Source: Pseudomonas phage pPa_SNUABM_DT01. Taken from it: a stretch of 64,000 bases of DNA. Each line of letters begins with the position of its first letter. Positions within the stretch are counted from its first letter, which is position 1. Both the position numbers and the translations under genes were made by a program. Below, piece after piece: positions 17,902 through 27,606 of the stretch. The stretch lies in sequence record MW735835.1. One strand, given 5' to 3'. The notes under the pieces were generated by a model. That model did no database searches. It saw only the letters and a list, made by a program, of their open reading frames with translations, and was not told the DNA's origin.

Positions 17902-20121
17902 ATGGAAACAATTCTCTTCAAGCGGGACTGGGACCGATACCCGACCGCGATTTGGGACCTCGAGACCAAGAACGAATCGTTCCTCGAATTCTCAGCCTTG
18001 CTGAAACACATGGGCGTCGAGAACCATCTCTTCATGCTTGCGCTCATGCAGCCAGACCTGCAAGGTGTCGACCCGTTCGACCCGTTCTTGACCGAAGAGC
18101 AAAAGCTCAAGATCAAGATCGAATGTACGTTCAACCCCTGGTACTTCATCCGTGAAGTGATGCGCGTACCACCAGCTGCGGGTGACACCCCGATGAAGCT
18201 GGAAGCCAACCGGGGCAACATCTCCTTGTGGTGGAGCTTCCTCAACCACATCGACTACTTCCTCGTGCAGATCCGTCAGACCGGTAAGTCGCTGAACTCT
18301 GACGGTATCTCCGTGTGGTACCAGGTCTTCGGTGCCCGTAACTCCCGTTCCAACTTGTTCACCAAGGGTGACTTGTTCAAGGAACACATTGCCCGTCTGA
18401 AGAAACTGCGGGGCTTGCTGCCCAAGTATCTGGTTAACATTGTCAAGAAGGACACGGACAACCAGAAAGAGTTCACCAACATGTCCCAGGGCAACCGCAT
18501 GGTGGTGTACATCCCGCAGAAAGACGAAGAAGCCGCCCGTAACCTGGGCCGGGGTCTGACTACCCCGCACAGCCACACTGACGAAATTGCATTCTTGAAG
18601 AACGTGCACATCTCGCTCGGTGTTATGCTGGCAGGTGGTGGTGCTGCTCGTGAAGAAGCGGCACGCAACGGCCTCCCGTACGGCAACATCTTCACCACTA
18701 CTGCTGGCGAACTGGACACCAAGGAAGGGGCTTACGCCTACGACCTGATGACCGGTGGGGCAGAGTGGAACGACAGCTTCTACGACTGTGCCAACAGCAC
18801 GGAACTGTACGAAGTCGTCCGTAAGCAATGCCGCAACAAAGACGCGATCCTCATCAACGGTACCTTCAACCACAAACAGCTCGGCAAGACCGATGCGTGG
18901 CTGCGGACCAAGATCGCTGAATCCCGTCAGACTGGTGACGAAGTCCGCCGTGACTACCTCAACGAATGGACCTCGGGTAACGCCCGAAACCCGCTGTCGA
19001 AAGATACCCTGCGGAAGATCCATGCGTCGGTAACCAAACCCACCTACCTCGAAATCGACAAGATGGATCACTACTCCATCCGTTGGTACATCCCGCAGTG
19101 GGAAGTCGAGGCTGGGATACCGAACCGTGAACTCACCATGGGCATGGATACATCCAACGCCGTGGGTCGAGACAACATCACTGGTGTGATCATTGACAAC
19201 AGTACCCTCGAGGTCGTGGGTGCGTGGACGGTCAACGACTCCAACCTCACTGTGTTTGCGATGTGGCTCGCCAAGATCCTCGTCCGCTTCCAGAAACTCA
19301 CGATGGTGCCCGAATCCAAGTCTACCTGGATCGGTATCCTCGACACCCTGTTGCTTACGCTGCCGACCCACAAGATCGATCCGTGCAAACGGATCTACTC
19401 GACCTTGGTGGATGCCAAGGACCAGTCGCCAGATGACCGTAGGCGTTACCACGAATACATCGGAGACCGGGACAACTACCGGTCGTACCGCAAGCACTTC
19501 GGTTTCCCCACCAACTCCCAGCTGCGTGAGATCATCTATGGTCCCGTGTTGCAGGAAGCGGCGAAGAAGACCGGTGCAGTGGTCCGCGATGCCAAACTTC
19601 AGGCAGAACTGTCGCGCCTCGTAGAGCGGAACGGTCGAATCGACCACGATGCCTCGGGTCACGACGACCACGTCATCAGTTGGTTGCTGTGCCACTGGTT
19701 CCTCACCTATGGCCGCAACCTCGAGCACTACGGCATTACCCTCAGTGAAGTGAAGCGTCGTGTATACGAAGCCGAACACAAGCTGTCCTGGGAAGAACAA
19801 CGCCGTTACGACCAGCAGCAAGACATCCGTGACGAGATCACTCAAATCGGTGAGCGCATCAGCCAAGAACGCAACACGTTCGAGCGGATCAAGCTTCAGC
19901 ACCGCTTGGAACTCTTGCTTCTGCAAGTCAGTGACGAGTTCGAAATGGAAGGGGCACAATCCCTAGACCAGATCAAGGAGAACAGTCGTGAGAAGTTGAA
20001 TATCGTCAACCGGAACTTCGGTCCGGGACGAGAACTCGAATTCGAACGACCGCTCAACTTGAACATGACGCAGCGTCGAGCCTATTCGATGCCGAGTCGC
20101 CAGAACGTGGTTGTTTGTTGA
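17902..20121 (+). CDS. terL: terminase large subunit (T4 gp17-like ATPase-nuclease)
   Basis: Walker A LVQIRQTGKSL (compare T4 SRQLGKT), Walker B HTDEIAFL (compare T4 DECAFI) and ATPase coupling motif FTTTAG (TTT). Acidic cluster DHDASGHDDHVISW in the C-terminal region. SD gggaaagaccATG. Confidence 0.75.
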   Translation: METILFKRDWDRYPTAIWDLETKNESFLEFSALLKHMGVENHLFMLALMQPDLQGVDPFDPFLTEEQKLKIKIECTFNPWYFIREVMRVPPAAGDTPMKLEANRGNISLWWSFLNHIDYFLVQIRQTGKSLNSDGISVWYQVFGARNSRSNLFTKGDLFKEHIARLKKLRGLLPKYLVNIVKKDTDNQKEFTNMSQGNRMVVYIPQKDEEAARNLGRGLTTPHSHTDEIAFLKNVHISLGVMLAGGGAAREEAARNGLPYGNIFTTTAGELDTKEGAYAYDLMTGGAEWNDSFYDCANSTELYEVVRKQCRNKDAILINGTFNHKQLGKTDAWLRTKIAESRQTGDEVRRDYLNEWTSGNARNPLSKDTLRKIHASVTKPTYLEIDKMDHYSIRWYIPQWEVEAGIPNRELTMGMDTSNAVGRDNITGVIIDNSTLEVVGAWTVNDSNLTVFAMWLAKILVRFQKLTMVPESKSTWIGILDTLLLTLPTHKIDPCKRIYSTLVDAKDQSPDDRRRYHEYIGDRDNYRSYRKHFGFPTNSQLREIIYGPVLQEAAKKTGAVVRDAKLQAELSRLVERNGRIDHDASGHDDHVISWLLCHWFLTYGRNLEHYGITLSEVKRRVYEAEHKLSWEEQRRYDQQQDIRDEITQIGERISQERNTFERIKLQHRLELLLLQVSDEFEMEGAQSLDQIKENSREKLNIVNRNFGPGRELEFERPLNLNMTQRRAYSMPSRQNVVVC

Positions 20122-20126
20122 TGCGG

Positions 20127-20160
20127 CATACAGGGCAGGCCACTTGGCCTGCCCTGTATG
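20127..20160. terminator. GC hairpin catacagggcaggccacttggcctgccctgtatg between convergent genes
   Basis: Perfect 14-bp stem. It lies between the terL stop (20121) and the stop of the minus gene 20164. No U-tract. Confidence 0.5.
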
Positions 20161-20163
20161 TTG

Positions 20164-21039
20164 TCAGTGCGTTTCCAGCCACACCAGCATGCGCAGGTGG
20201 TTGGCGATGGAGCGTGCTCGGGCGAACAGTGCACAGAGGATCTCGCTGTTGAGCGGGTTCTGCATTTCACGGTCAATGAACTGGATGATCCGATGGGGTT
20301 CTTCATCGGTTCTGGCCAACTCACGGAACGATTGCAGTTTGGAGATCTCGACATCCATGGGTGGAAACACTGCGTCGATCTGATCAGCTACTGCATCGAA
20401 GCGTGCGGCCCAATGGACCATCGACTTGGCTTTCTCCGCATCCAAGCGGATCGGGTAGGCCGATTGACCGTAGTCAGGGCGCTGAGGGACCTGGAAGGTC
20501 ACCAGAACGTCACCGCGGAACGGAGAGACCTTGACCAAGGGTGCCTTCTCGCGCATGCCCAGTAGGCACGGCCGGACTTCCGAGAGGATCTCAGCAGCCG
20601 TCTTAGGACGACGAGCGAGTTCGACATCCTTGTTGATGACGTCGAGGCGGTAGGTGGTCATCTGCGCCCAGCCCAGGAAGGCAAAGATCCGAGTCTGCAC
20701 CATGCCAATGATGACCTGGTACATCTTGACCTCGGCCTCCAGTGCTCGGAACACCGCATCACCCAAAGGCTCACCGCCCAGCATCAACCAGGCGGCTACT
20801 GGGGTCTCGAATGACTTGGCCTCCTTACGGTACTCAGCCCGATCCAACCACTCATCCGTGTAGTGGTACTCCGACCCAGGGCGATTCCATGGACCGCTGG
20901 TGATCTTCTGAGTGCCGTAGATCGACGGCAATTCAAAACTACCAAAGATACGACCGAACTTCGACTCGGATTCCATGGAAACTCCAGCAGTCTCCTCACC
21001 TGCATAATTGGCACGCAGATACGCTTCGACGGTGGTCAT
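20164..21039 (-). CDS. hypothetical protein (291 aa)
   Basis: Minus-strand ORF with normal composition. The overlapping + ORFs 20158..20565 and 20654..20863 are weaker. Confidence 0.6.
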   Translation of the reverse strand: MTTVEAYLRANYAGEETAGVSMESESKFGRIFGSFELPSIYGTQKITSGPWNRPGSEYHYTDEWLDRAEYRKEAKSFETPVAAWLMLGGEPLGDAVFRALEAEVKMYQVIIGMVQTRIFAFLGWAQMTTYRLDVINKDVELARRPKTAAEILSEVRPCLLGMREKAPLVKVSPFRGDVLVTFQVPQRPDYGQSAYPIRLDAEKAKSMVHWAARFDAVADQIDAVFPPMDVEISKLQSFRELARTDEEPHRIIQFIDREMQNPLNSEILCALFARARSIANHLRMLVWLETH

Positions 21040-21041
21040 TG

Positions 21042-22306
21042 TTAGCTTTTCCTGTAATAGCTCATGGTGATGGTCCGTGCCACGATGTACAGGATGACGC
21101 CTGTCCGGATCGAGTTCACGAGGTTGTCGTTCTTGGTCTTCACGGCCTTGCGGATGATCTTCTCGCCCACGGTGCGCATTTGCATGAGCAGGTCGTTGTT
21201 CGAACGCGAGGCCTTGTACAGGTTGCTCAGTTTCGACAACAGGGCGGGGATGTCATTGGTGCGGATGGTGTTGCGGTTAGCCGCAATGAAGTCGAACAGG
21301 TGCTCGAGCGTCAAGTCTACCAACTTGGCCACATCAGGATCGCCCTTGAGTTTGGACGACTTGCTGGTGATGTACTCCAGTGCCTGGACCATGTTGTGGA
21401 GCGGCAGTTTTGGCATGGTGGATGCCACGATCTCGACCAGCTCCTGCACAATGAAGCTGTTGCGGTCAACGATGATCTCGTCGAGGTAACGACGATAAGT
21501 GGCGTACATGGACTTCTTGTTCTTGACGACCACTTCACCGTCCATGTTCACCGTGGTGTTGCTGTTGGTGCGGATCAGTGCAGTGGGATCGCGACGAACG
21601 ATCTCGAACTCATCCCGGATGTTCTTCAGGTAGCCTTTGATTCGGCCCTGGATGTCGTTCACCATGTAGATGATGTCGTAGTCATCGTCGAACTTCTGGT
21701 ACGTCTTGTTCTTGGTGTGCGGGGACGCCGCTTCCACGGTGGCCTCGGCACGGTACTGAAGCAGCGCGCCCCAGCTACCCAGTTCCTTGAGCTTGTACTT
21801 CTTCGGCAGGCGGGCATAAGTCGCCACAGCGACCGCTTCGTCAGCCCGGTTGGGGAACCAGTAAGCCAAGATCGAGGTGATGAACTTGTATTCCAGGATC
21901 AGCAGGGTGTCGATGATCGCACTGTGCTTTTCCTTGTCGTTCAGGTGGGTGGAATTGAAGATCTTGTGGACGACCCAGAGGCACGACAGGTTCATCACGT
22001 CCGTGGAGACGTAACGGACCTTCTTGGGATCGGGCACCAAGGTCGACAGAGTGAGCAAGTCTTCCTGAAGCGACACATCATCGATGTCAAGCACGGTGGC
22101 GAACCACTCGTTCCGGTCAGCACGGGTGAAACGGACATCTTGAACGCCCATCAAGTGACCGCCGAAGAAGGCTACGTGATCGTCGTTCTTGTTGGCAAAG
22201 TTTTGCCGGTACGTCTGAAGACGTCTGATGAAGGTGCGGTCTGCGACGATGTGCGAACCTGCCTCGTCAAACAGCGACTTCACATTGGGGGCGGGGGTTG
22301 ACATAG
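21042..22306 (-). CDS. hypothetical protein (about 421 aa)
   Basis: Minus-strand ORF rich in K/N/I/Y (real protein). The + strand ORF 21039..22301 is V/D/G/H-biased. Start set at ATG 22304-22306 (MSTPAPNVK) rather than the upstream in-frame extension, which has junk-like composition. Confidence 0.6.
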
Positions 22307-22370
22307 CTGGTATCCTGTTGGAGACAGTAGCCTGAGTATCATAGCGATACGCGGCTCCATTCGAAATTTC

Positions 22371-22396
22371 TTCAACCATACATGATAACGGTGACT
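22371..22396 (+). promoter_or_regulatory. promoter-like box ttcaaccATACATGATAaCgGTGAct (class A)
   Basis: In the divergent intergenic region, 39 nt upstream of the ATG at 22435. Confidence 0.5.
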
Positions 22397-22434
22397 TAGC
22401 AACACTAACCAGTAATTGCCTTAGGAGTTTTACC

Positions 22435-23055
22435 ATGACCCTCGCTGCCCACCCGGTAATCAAGTTCCTCGCTAACAACGAAACCGAAGTGAACCTGCAC
22501 ATTGACCACGAAGCTCTGGAGACCATCATGAATCAGGAAGATAACCGCCCCATGGCCGATGACCTCTTCGCTCACATCCTGAGCCCTACCCGCATCGTGG
22601 CCAAAGGCGATACCATGGGCATCGGTGCCATCCAGGAAGTGGAAGGTACGCTGACCAGTCGGATCTTCTCGTTGCTGGAAGAGACCCGGGGCTGCAAGTT
22701 GCAAACGGAATTCCGTGAGCGTGCCTGGGATCATCCGGCCTACGAGCTGATTCATGACGAACTCAAGCAGGCTCTGCTGGCGGGTTCGCTGAACAGCAAG
22801 TTCGACCAGATCGAAACCACCGGCGCCGTCGTGGTCTACGACAAGCAGCGTAAGCTGGCGACCATCGGCCTGAACATGGTCGCCATGCGCAGCAACATCC
22901 GTGAGCAGGCATTCCTGATGGCTGACCACAAGAACGCGCGTATCATCGATCGCATCAACGGCGTCCCGGAAGCCAACTTCACCTTCGAGCCGAAGAAGAA
23001 GCCGGAACCGCATGTCGAGATGAGCACCACGTTCTACGTCACCTTCGAACTCTGA
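22435..23055 (+). CDS. hypothetical protein (206 aa)
   Basis: SD ggagttttaccATG. The minus ORF 22405..23079 is compositionally antisense-like. Confidence 0.65.
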   Translation: MTLAAHPVIKFLANNETEVNLHIDHEALETIMNQEDNRPMADDLFAHILSPTRIVAKGDTMGIGAIQEVEGTLTSRIFSLLEETRGCKLQTEFRERAWDHPAYELIHDELKQALLAGSLNSKFDQIETTGAVVVYDKQRKLATIGLNMVAMRSNIREQAFLMADHKNARIIDRINGVPEANFTFEPKKKPEPHVEMSTTFYVTFEL

Positions 23056-23159
23056 ACATATCCCCTTGATCCTTACCACAGCCCCAAACCGGCTGTGGCG
23101 CTCCCCCTTAGCCGTTTAACGGCCGGTGTGGTAAGGATCTTTTTTTGCGGACATCCATC

Positions 23160-23573
23160 ATGACACCCCTTGACGTTGCAATCCTTGATTTCAAGGAACT
23201 GGTGAAAGTACACCAAGAGCGGACGAACAATCCGAACCCTCCACCTTTGACCCATGAACTGAAGCGGAAGATCGGTGATACCTTGGACCGTATCGCTGAG
23301 TTTGCTGTGGGGTATCAGAAAGACAGCTTGGTCGGATTACCGATCCTGGAGACTGTGGAATCCATGCGCTGTGTCAGACGGGATATCTACGAGCGACTCC
23401 AGGAAGAAGGTATCGAGTACTCCCATGCTGTCTCCAATGGAACCATCGCATGTGTTCTGACGGACAAGGAGACCGGAGCATCCATGCACGTCTCACTGAG
23501 TGATCGATTCGATCATGAGTTGCTCCATCGACTGTCCTGGGAACGGAAGATGGAGTGGGTAAGTCTCCACTGA
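23160..23573 (+). CDS. hypothetical protein (137 aa)
   Basis: ATG (MTPLDVAIL...) inside track ORF 23145..23573. Confidence 0.5.
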   Translation: MTPLDVAILDFKELVKVHQERTNNPNPPPLTHELKRKIGDTLDRIAEFAVGYQKDSLVGLPILETVESMRCVRRDIYERLQEEGIEYSHAVSNGTIACVLTDKETGASMHVSLSDRFDHELLHRLSWERKMEWVSLH

Positions 23574-23588
23574 CAGACATAGAGCCTA

Positions 23589-23625
23589 GGGATCTCCCTA
23601 GGCTCTTTTCTTTTGAATGAAGGGG
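23589..23625 (+). terminator. intrinsic terminator (agagcctagggatctccctaggctct plus ttttctttt)
   Basis: Perfect stem with a T-run, 16 nt after the stop. Confidence 0.7.
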
Positions 23626-23973
23626 GTCTGTATAGTATGCAAGTCTTGCTCACTTACTCGGGAAGGAAAGAGAAGGGGGTAAGACTAATGACGAACGAAG
23701 TGAGGAATTAGTCTGGGGGATGAGATAGGAAGGGTATAGTCTGCCGTGTTGGTGGCTATCTGGAGGGAGAGGTTACTCGACCGGAGGAGAGACAACACAC
23801 GAGCCCTTCTAGTGAGGCGAAGCCTCACCTTATATAGATTTTGGGATGACGACCCAAGTGATATGGCAATTTTCGTAGAGAAAAACTTTTAGACCTCCGC
23901 CCCAGTCAGCGCAAGCTGACGTTTTTATTTTTGATGTCTGGATACTGTATAGCTTCGGCAATGGAGAAAACAC

Positions 23974-24459
23974 ATGAACCTGTTTGTATCGTTGGAGGAA
24001 GTGCTTTCTCCGATTGGTGAACCCAAAGCTCCGACTGTGGGCCTGCTGGTCCAAGACTGGGACGAGAACGTCACAGGTGTGGCGGAGCAAGTGGTCAACC
24101 TGGGCTATGGGGTCCAGCTGATCCCGGCGGGGGCGAAGTACTCCCCTGAAGGCATCGGTCACACCACCATGACCAAGAGCGCCAAAGAGAAGACACCCCA
24201 GTCGATCTCTGAACGCCGTGAGGACCATGGGGATGAAGGGGACAACGATGTCCCTGATCCTCGCAACTTCCCGCATCAGCCTCAAGTCCTGTTCTACTAC
24301 AAGGGCAAACCGGAAGATGCCGCAGAAGGAATCCCTGTCCTGGTCGCTGAGGATGGGAAAGTCAAAGTCAGCGTCGAAGGGCGCGTCAAGGAGTTGGCCG
24401 AGTACCTCGGCATGCTCGAGGAGAATGACAATGATCCAGGCGATCATGAATATCGTTGA
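23974..24459 (+). CDS. hypothetical acidic protein (161 aa)
   Basis: SD ggagaaaacacATG. The minus ORF 23830..24630 is an antisense artefact. Confidence 0.6.
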   Translation: MNLFVSLEEVLSPIGEPKAPTVGLLVQDWDENVTGVAEQVVNLGYGVQLIPAGAKYSPEGIGHTTMTKSAKEKTPQSISERREDHGDEGDNDVPDPRNFPHQPQVLFYYKGKPEDAAEGIPVLVAEDGKVKVSVEGRVKELAEYLGMLEENDNDPGDHEYR

Positions 24460-24760
24460 ATGGCTGTTGGTGTTGTTCGTTCTGTGGATGGCGGTGTACC
24501 CGTACATTGCGTATTTCCACAGTGAAAGGACCTTCAAGGGCATCCTAGTGGAGAATGGGGCGGGATACCTCATTGTCCTGGCCAGTAAGCTGCACAAGCA
24601 GTTCGTGGAGATCGTAGCGACGTTGGCCATTGTGGCCTTCTTGGCTGCGTGCTTCCCGAAGTTTGCTTACGCCGTGGCGATCTGGTTCTTCCAGGTGGCG
24701 GTCGTGTGCCACACTGCCCTCAAGGCAGGGCATGAACCGTACGTCACTGAGATCGGCTAG
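24431..24760 (+). CDS. putative membrane protein (109 aa, two or more TM helices)
   Basis: Internal start (MTMIQAIMN) of track ORF 24218..24760. Hydrophobic segments LLVLFVLWMAVYPYIAYF and LAIVAFLAACF. Overlaps the end of the previous gene. Confidence 0.5.
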   Translation: MIQAIMNIVEWLLVLFVLWMAVYPYIAYFHSERTFKGILVENGAGYLIVLASKLHKQFVEIVATLAIVAFLAACFPKFAYAVAIWFFQVAVVCHTALKAGHEPYVTEIG

Positions 24761-24768
24761 GAGCTGCC

Positions 24769-25260
24769 ATGGATAAGATCGTTCCCTTGAATCGTGCCAT
24801 CACCGCGATGTGCCGAGCCACTGCTGCGGTCCACCCGACCAATGTCACGTTGGCCTGGACCATCTACAAAGTGCCGGCGTTCTTCCTGGCTCAGCGTCAA
24901 GCAGATCAGGTGGCGTATGCATACCCGCTCACCTTGGCCCGTTTGATGTACTGGTTCGGCGATGCTCCGGTCAATGCGGCGCTGCATGCCCAGTGGCCTG
25001 AGACCATCAACCGTGACAAGCGCATGATCCTCGAGGCTTTGTTCAAACGTGTGATGATGCACGTGGATGAGATCCTCGACAGCGTCTCCCACCCAGCCGA
25101 TTGGCCCTCGTTGCCACCGGCCAGCACGGAATCGTTGGAGATCGCCCGTATCCTCCTTGCCTTCGAAGACTTCTTCACCAAGGCGATGGAGAGTGGGGAG
25201 ATCCCCGATACCGAGGAATGGTGGAAAGCCTTGACCGTCAAGGTCGAACCACAAGTCTAA
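24769..25260 (+). CDS. hypothetical protein (163 aa)
   Basis: SD ggagctgccATG. The antisense ORFs 24757..25263 and 24906..25241 were rejected on composition. Confidence 0.6.
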   Translation: MDKIVPLNRAITAMCRATAAVHPTNVTLAWTIYKVPAFFLAQRQADQVAYAYPLTLARLMYWFGDAPVNAALHAQWPETINRDKRMILEALFKRVMMHVDEILDSVSHPADWPSLPPASTESLEIARILLAFEDFFTKAMESGEIPDTEEWWKALTVKVEPQV

Positions 25261-25263
25261 CAT

Positions 25264-25297
25264 AGCGGAGGGCCTAGGCCCTCCGCTTATGCCGCCT
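25264..25297 (+). terminator. hairpin agcggagggcctaggccctccgct followed by a TATGCCGCC box
   Basis: Same hairpin-plus-TATGCC architecture as 4687 and 7677, followed at 25317 by the promoter box. Confidence 0.5.
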
Positions 25298-25316
25298 CAC
25301 CGAATTCTATTCGAAT

Positions 25317-25344
25317 ATTTTTCAGCAATACATAGTCACAGTGA
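25317..25344 (+). promoter_or_regulatory. promoter-like box tttttcagcaATACATaGTcACAGTGAgc (class A variant)
   Basis: Matches the 7720 box at 24 of 28 positions. Located 49 nt upstream of the ATG at 25393. Confidence 0.5.
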
Positions 25345-25392
25345 GCATGGATAAACCTGCTCGACAATTACCTGTTCTTAGGAGAACAAACA

Positions 25393-25761
25393 ATGCAACA
25401 CGCCAAAATGATGGACATCGCTCGTGCCGTTGTAGCCAATGGCTTCAAAGTCGTGGACGATCACAGCCCGAATGGGAGCCTGGAATCCCTAGCGGCAGTG
25501 GGCTATCACTACCGTGGCGAGCGTATGCACGTTGTTGCCCTGTACGAGAACACCCCGTACTTCAGCATCAACGAAGTGTACATCGACGAAGAAACCGGCA
25601 AGCCTCATCTGAGCCGGACCTCTGTCGGTGGCGTCATCAAACCCCAAGGCGATCTGGAAGCTGGCATCGAGCAATACAACGAAAGCCAGAAAGCCTATCG
25701 CTCCAACAATCCTGCGTACATCGGCGAAGTGTTCCGCGCCGAAGAAGGAGAAGCAGCATGA
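25393..25761 (+). CDS. hypothetical protein (122 aa)
   Basis: SD ggagaacaaacaATG, with normal composition. Confidence 0.6.
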   Translation: MQHAKMMDIARAVVANGFKVVDDHSPNGSLESLAAVGYHYRGERMHVVALYENTPYFSINEVYIDEETGKPHLSRTSVGGVIKPQGDLEAGIEQYNESQKAYRSNNPAYIGEVFRAEEGEAA

Positions 25762-25877
25762 AAGAATCCACCAAGAACGAACTGAAGTTCTTCGGTCGTG
25801 TCGCCGCCATGGCAGCCGTCTCTGCGGTTGTCGGTGCTGTAGTCGGCCACTGCGTGCGTAAAGCACTCAACGGCTAA
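25758..25877 (+). CDS. small membrane protein (39 aa)
   Basis: ATG overlaps the previous stop (ATGA). Hydrophobic core AAMAAVSAVVGAVVG. Confidence 0.4.
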   Translation: MKESTKNELKFFGRVAAMAAVSAVVGAVVGHCVRKALNG

Positions 25878-25933
25878 CCCAACCGGGGGAGGGCAACCTC
25901 CCCTATCCATCCATCCCATTCGGAGAAAACATC

Positions 25934-26065
25934 ATGGGACGTTTCCTGTTCGGCGTACTCTGCGGTCTCGGCCTCGCTGCTTACATCCAGAGCGAGAAAG
26001 AGAAAGCTGCAAAGAAAGCCACCGAAGAACCGGCCAAGCCGGCTGCTGAACCCGCTGCGTCGTAA
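25934..26065 (+). CDS. small membrane protein (43 aa)
   Basis: SD ggagaaaacatcATG. TM segment FLFGVLCGLGLAAYI followed by a Lys/Glu/Pro/Ala tail. Confidence 0.4.
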   Translation: MGRFLFGVLCGLGLAAYIQSEKEKAAKKATEEPAKPAAEPAAS

Positions 26066-26105
26066 GACGCAGCACCCATCCTCACTAGCACTGCAAGGAA
26101 AGATC

Positions 26106-26261
26106 ATGAGCACATTGGATAAAGTCGTTCTGGGTGTAGGCGGCACTATCATTGCCGGTTCCACCATCGCCCTTGCGGTGCTGTGGAAGAAACACGGCAC
26201 ATACACCAAAACCGTAGAAGGCGACAAGGTCACTCGTCGCTGGACCTTCAACGCTAAGTAA
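26106..26261 (+). CDS. small membrane protein (51 aa)
   Basis: SD aaggaaagatcATG. TM segment VVLGVGGTIIAGSTIALAVLW. Confidence 0.4.
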   Translation: MSTLDKVVLGVGGTIIAGSTIALAVLWKKHGTYTKTVEGDKVTRRWTFNAK

Positions 26262-26285
26262 TAACCCGATCTCTGGAGATCCACT

Positions 26286-26630
26286 ATGAACACCGCACTC
26301 GCTATCATCGACATCCTGCTGGCTGTTACCTCGGTCTTCGGCCTGCTGACCACCGCCGCGATGTACATCTTCTTCTGGAAGAAAGGCCAACTCACCGTGT
26401 CGGAAATCTACGACATGCTGATGATGTCCATCGTCCTCAGCTGCTTCAGCAAGAACTGGCTGACTGCTGTGAATTGGGCCTTAGCTGGTGTAGGCTTCGG
26501 CATCCTGTCGTACTACAACCACTTCTGGTTCATCAATGTCTCTGTCGTTGCCTGCGTCGGCTACCTGCTGATCGTCGGCTTCCTGTGGAAAGTCGTCCAC
26601 AACAAAAAGAAAGCTGCTCCGGCAGTCTGA
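26286..26630 (+). CDS. polytopic small membrane protein (114 aa)
   Basis: SD ggagatccactATG. Three hydrophobic helices, with a positive-inside KKKAAPAV end. Confidence 0.6.
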   Translation: MNTALAIIDILLAVTSVFGLLTTAAMYIFFWKKGQLTVSEIYDMLMMSIVLSCFSKNWLTAVNWALAGVGFGILSYYNHFWFINVSVVACVGYLLIVGFLWKVVHNKKKAAPAV

Positions 26631-26640
26631 CGGAATAAGA

Positions 26641-26686
26641 GCCGGGGCATGCGCCCCGGCTCTAGTCCTTCTTTTTTTCTTTTTTG
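26641..26686. terminator. bidirectional intrinsic terminator (gccggggcatgcgccccggc plus T-run)
   Basis: Stem followed by cttctttttttcttttttg. It lies between the + gene ending at 26630 and the minus gene ending at 26748. Confidence 0.7.
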
Positions 26687-26747
26687 CTCCAGTAAAGAAA
26701 TACGCAAGTGAGCCATACTCTGAGAGACTGGTTCCTGCTTCTTTCTG

Positions 26748-27575
26748 TTACCGGCGCGAGCCTACCACGTAACGGAGGAGTCGTCGGTGCTGGTCTTTGT
26801 TCGCCATCACGCCGGACTTTCTCCACTTCTCAGTGAAGAACTCCTTGTACATCTGGTTGGCATCGGCGTAGGTGTCGATGATCTCCCGGATGCGGCCCAG
26901 GGACGCACCACCACGGATCGCACCTTCATCCAATGGGATGACGGTCTTGTTGAAGATCCAGGCTTTGCAGGCCAGCGTCACCATCTCGCTGAACTTGTCC
27001 GCCCACAAGCCCGAGATGTTCGCGAGGTTCGGGTCGTGAGTGACCAAGCAGCGCAGGAAACTGATGCCCGGGACACGGTTCATGTTGGTGACCATCACGG
27101 TGTTGTCCGCCACCAGCGTGCAGTACGCGCTCTGCACTTGCGTCCAGGCAGCGTTGGATTGCATCACTCCAGCGGCTGCTTCCAGTACCATCGACCGGTC
27201 CTCGGAGATCACCCCCACGTTCCCCAACGTGTGTCCTTGGCCATAGCTGAGGCCATAGACCTCGGTGATGCTCCGGCCCTGGGTGAGTTCTTTTGGGATG
27301 CGGTAGATGTAGGTCCAGTTATCGACCCGTTCGCCGGGCACGTTGGTCAGCGGCAGGAAGACTTCGACACCCGAACAGAGGTTCATGTCTACCAGCACGC
27401 GGCCTTCGATGATCTGGCGGCGGATCACGGTATCGTTGCTGATACCGGTGGAGTAATCGCGAATCAGACCTTGTTTGGTCGGATCGTAACGAGTCGGCGA
27501 GAAGGCGTAACGAAGCACTTCTTGCGGAATCTCGAAGTTTCTGAGCCTGTCAAGGGCTACGGTGATAAGGTCCAT
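26748..27575 (-). CDS. hypothetical protein (about 275 aa)
   Basis: Minus ORF with protein-like composition; the + ORF 26787..27668 is antisense-like. Start chosen at MDLITVALDRL. Confidence 0.55.
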   Translation of the reverse strand: MDLITVALDRLRNFEIPQEVLRYAFSPTRYDPTKQGLIRDYSTGISNDTVIRRQIIEGRVLVDMNLCSGVEVFLPLTNVPGERVDNWTYIYRIPKELTQGRSITEVYGLSYGQGHTLGNVGVISEDRSMVLEAAAGVMQSNAAWTQVQSAYCTLVADNTVMVTNMNRVPGISFLRCLVTHDPNLANISGLWADKFSEMVTLACKAWIFNKTVIPLDEGAIRGGASLGRIREIIDTYADANQMYKEFFTEKWRKSGVMANKDQHRRLLRYVVGSRR

Positions 27576-27606
27576 TGTGAGTGCCTCAATGAAGACGAAG
27601 GTACAC

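Noticed and set aside
17992-19959. 655-aa minus-strand ORF opposite the terminase gene
   Set aside because: The + frame carries Walker A, Walker B and TTT terminase motifs. The minus frame is V/D/G-rich junk.
21039-22301. 420-aa plus-strand ORF opposite gene 21042..22306
   Set aside because: V/D/H/G/L-rich antisense. The minus gene is K/N/I/Y-rich with normal complexity.
23589-23973. Possible tRNA genes in the 390-bp non-coding gap
   Set aside because: No GTTCRANYC T-arm or acceptor-stem pairing found by eye. Kept only as a generic ncRNA candidate in the findings.
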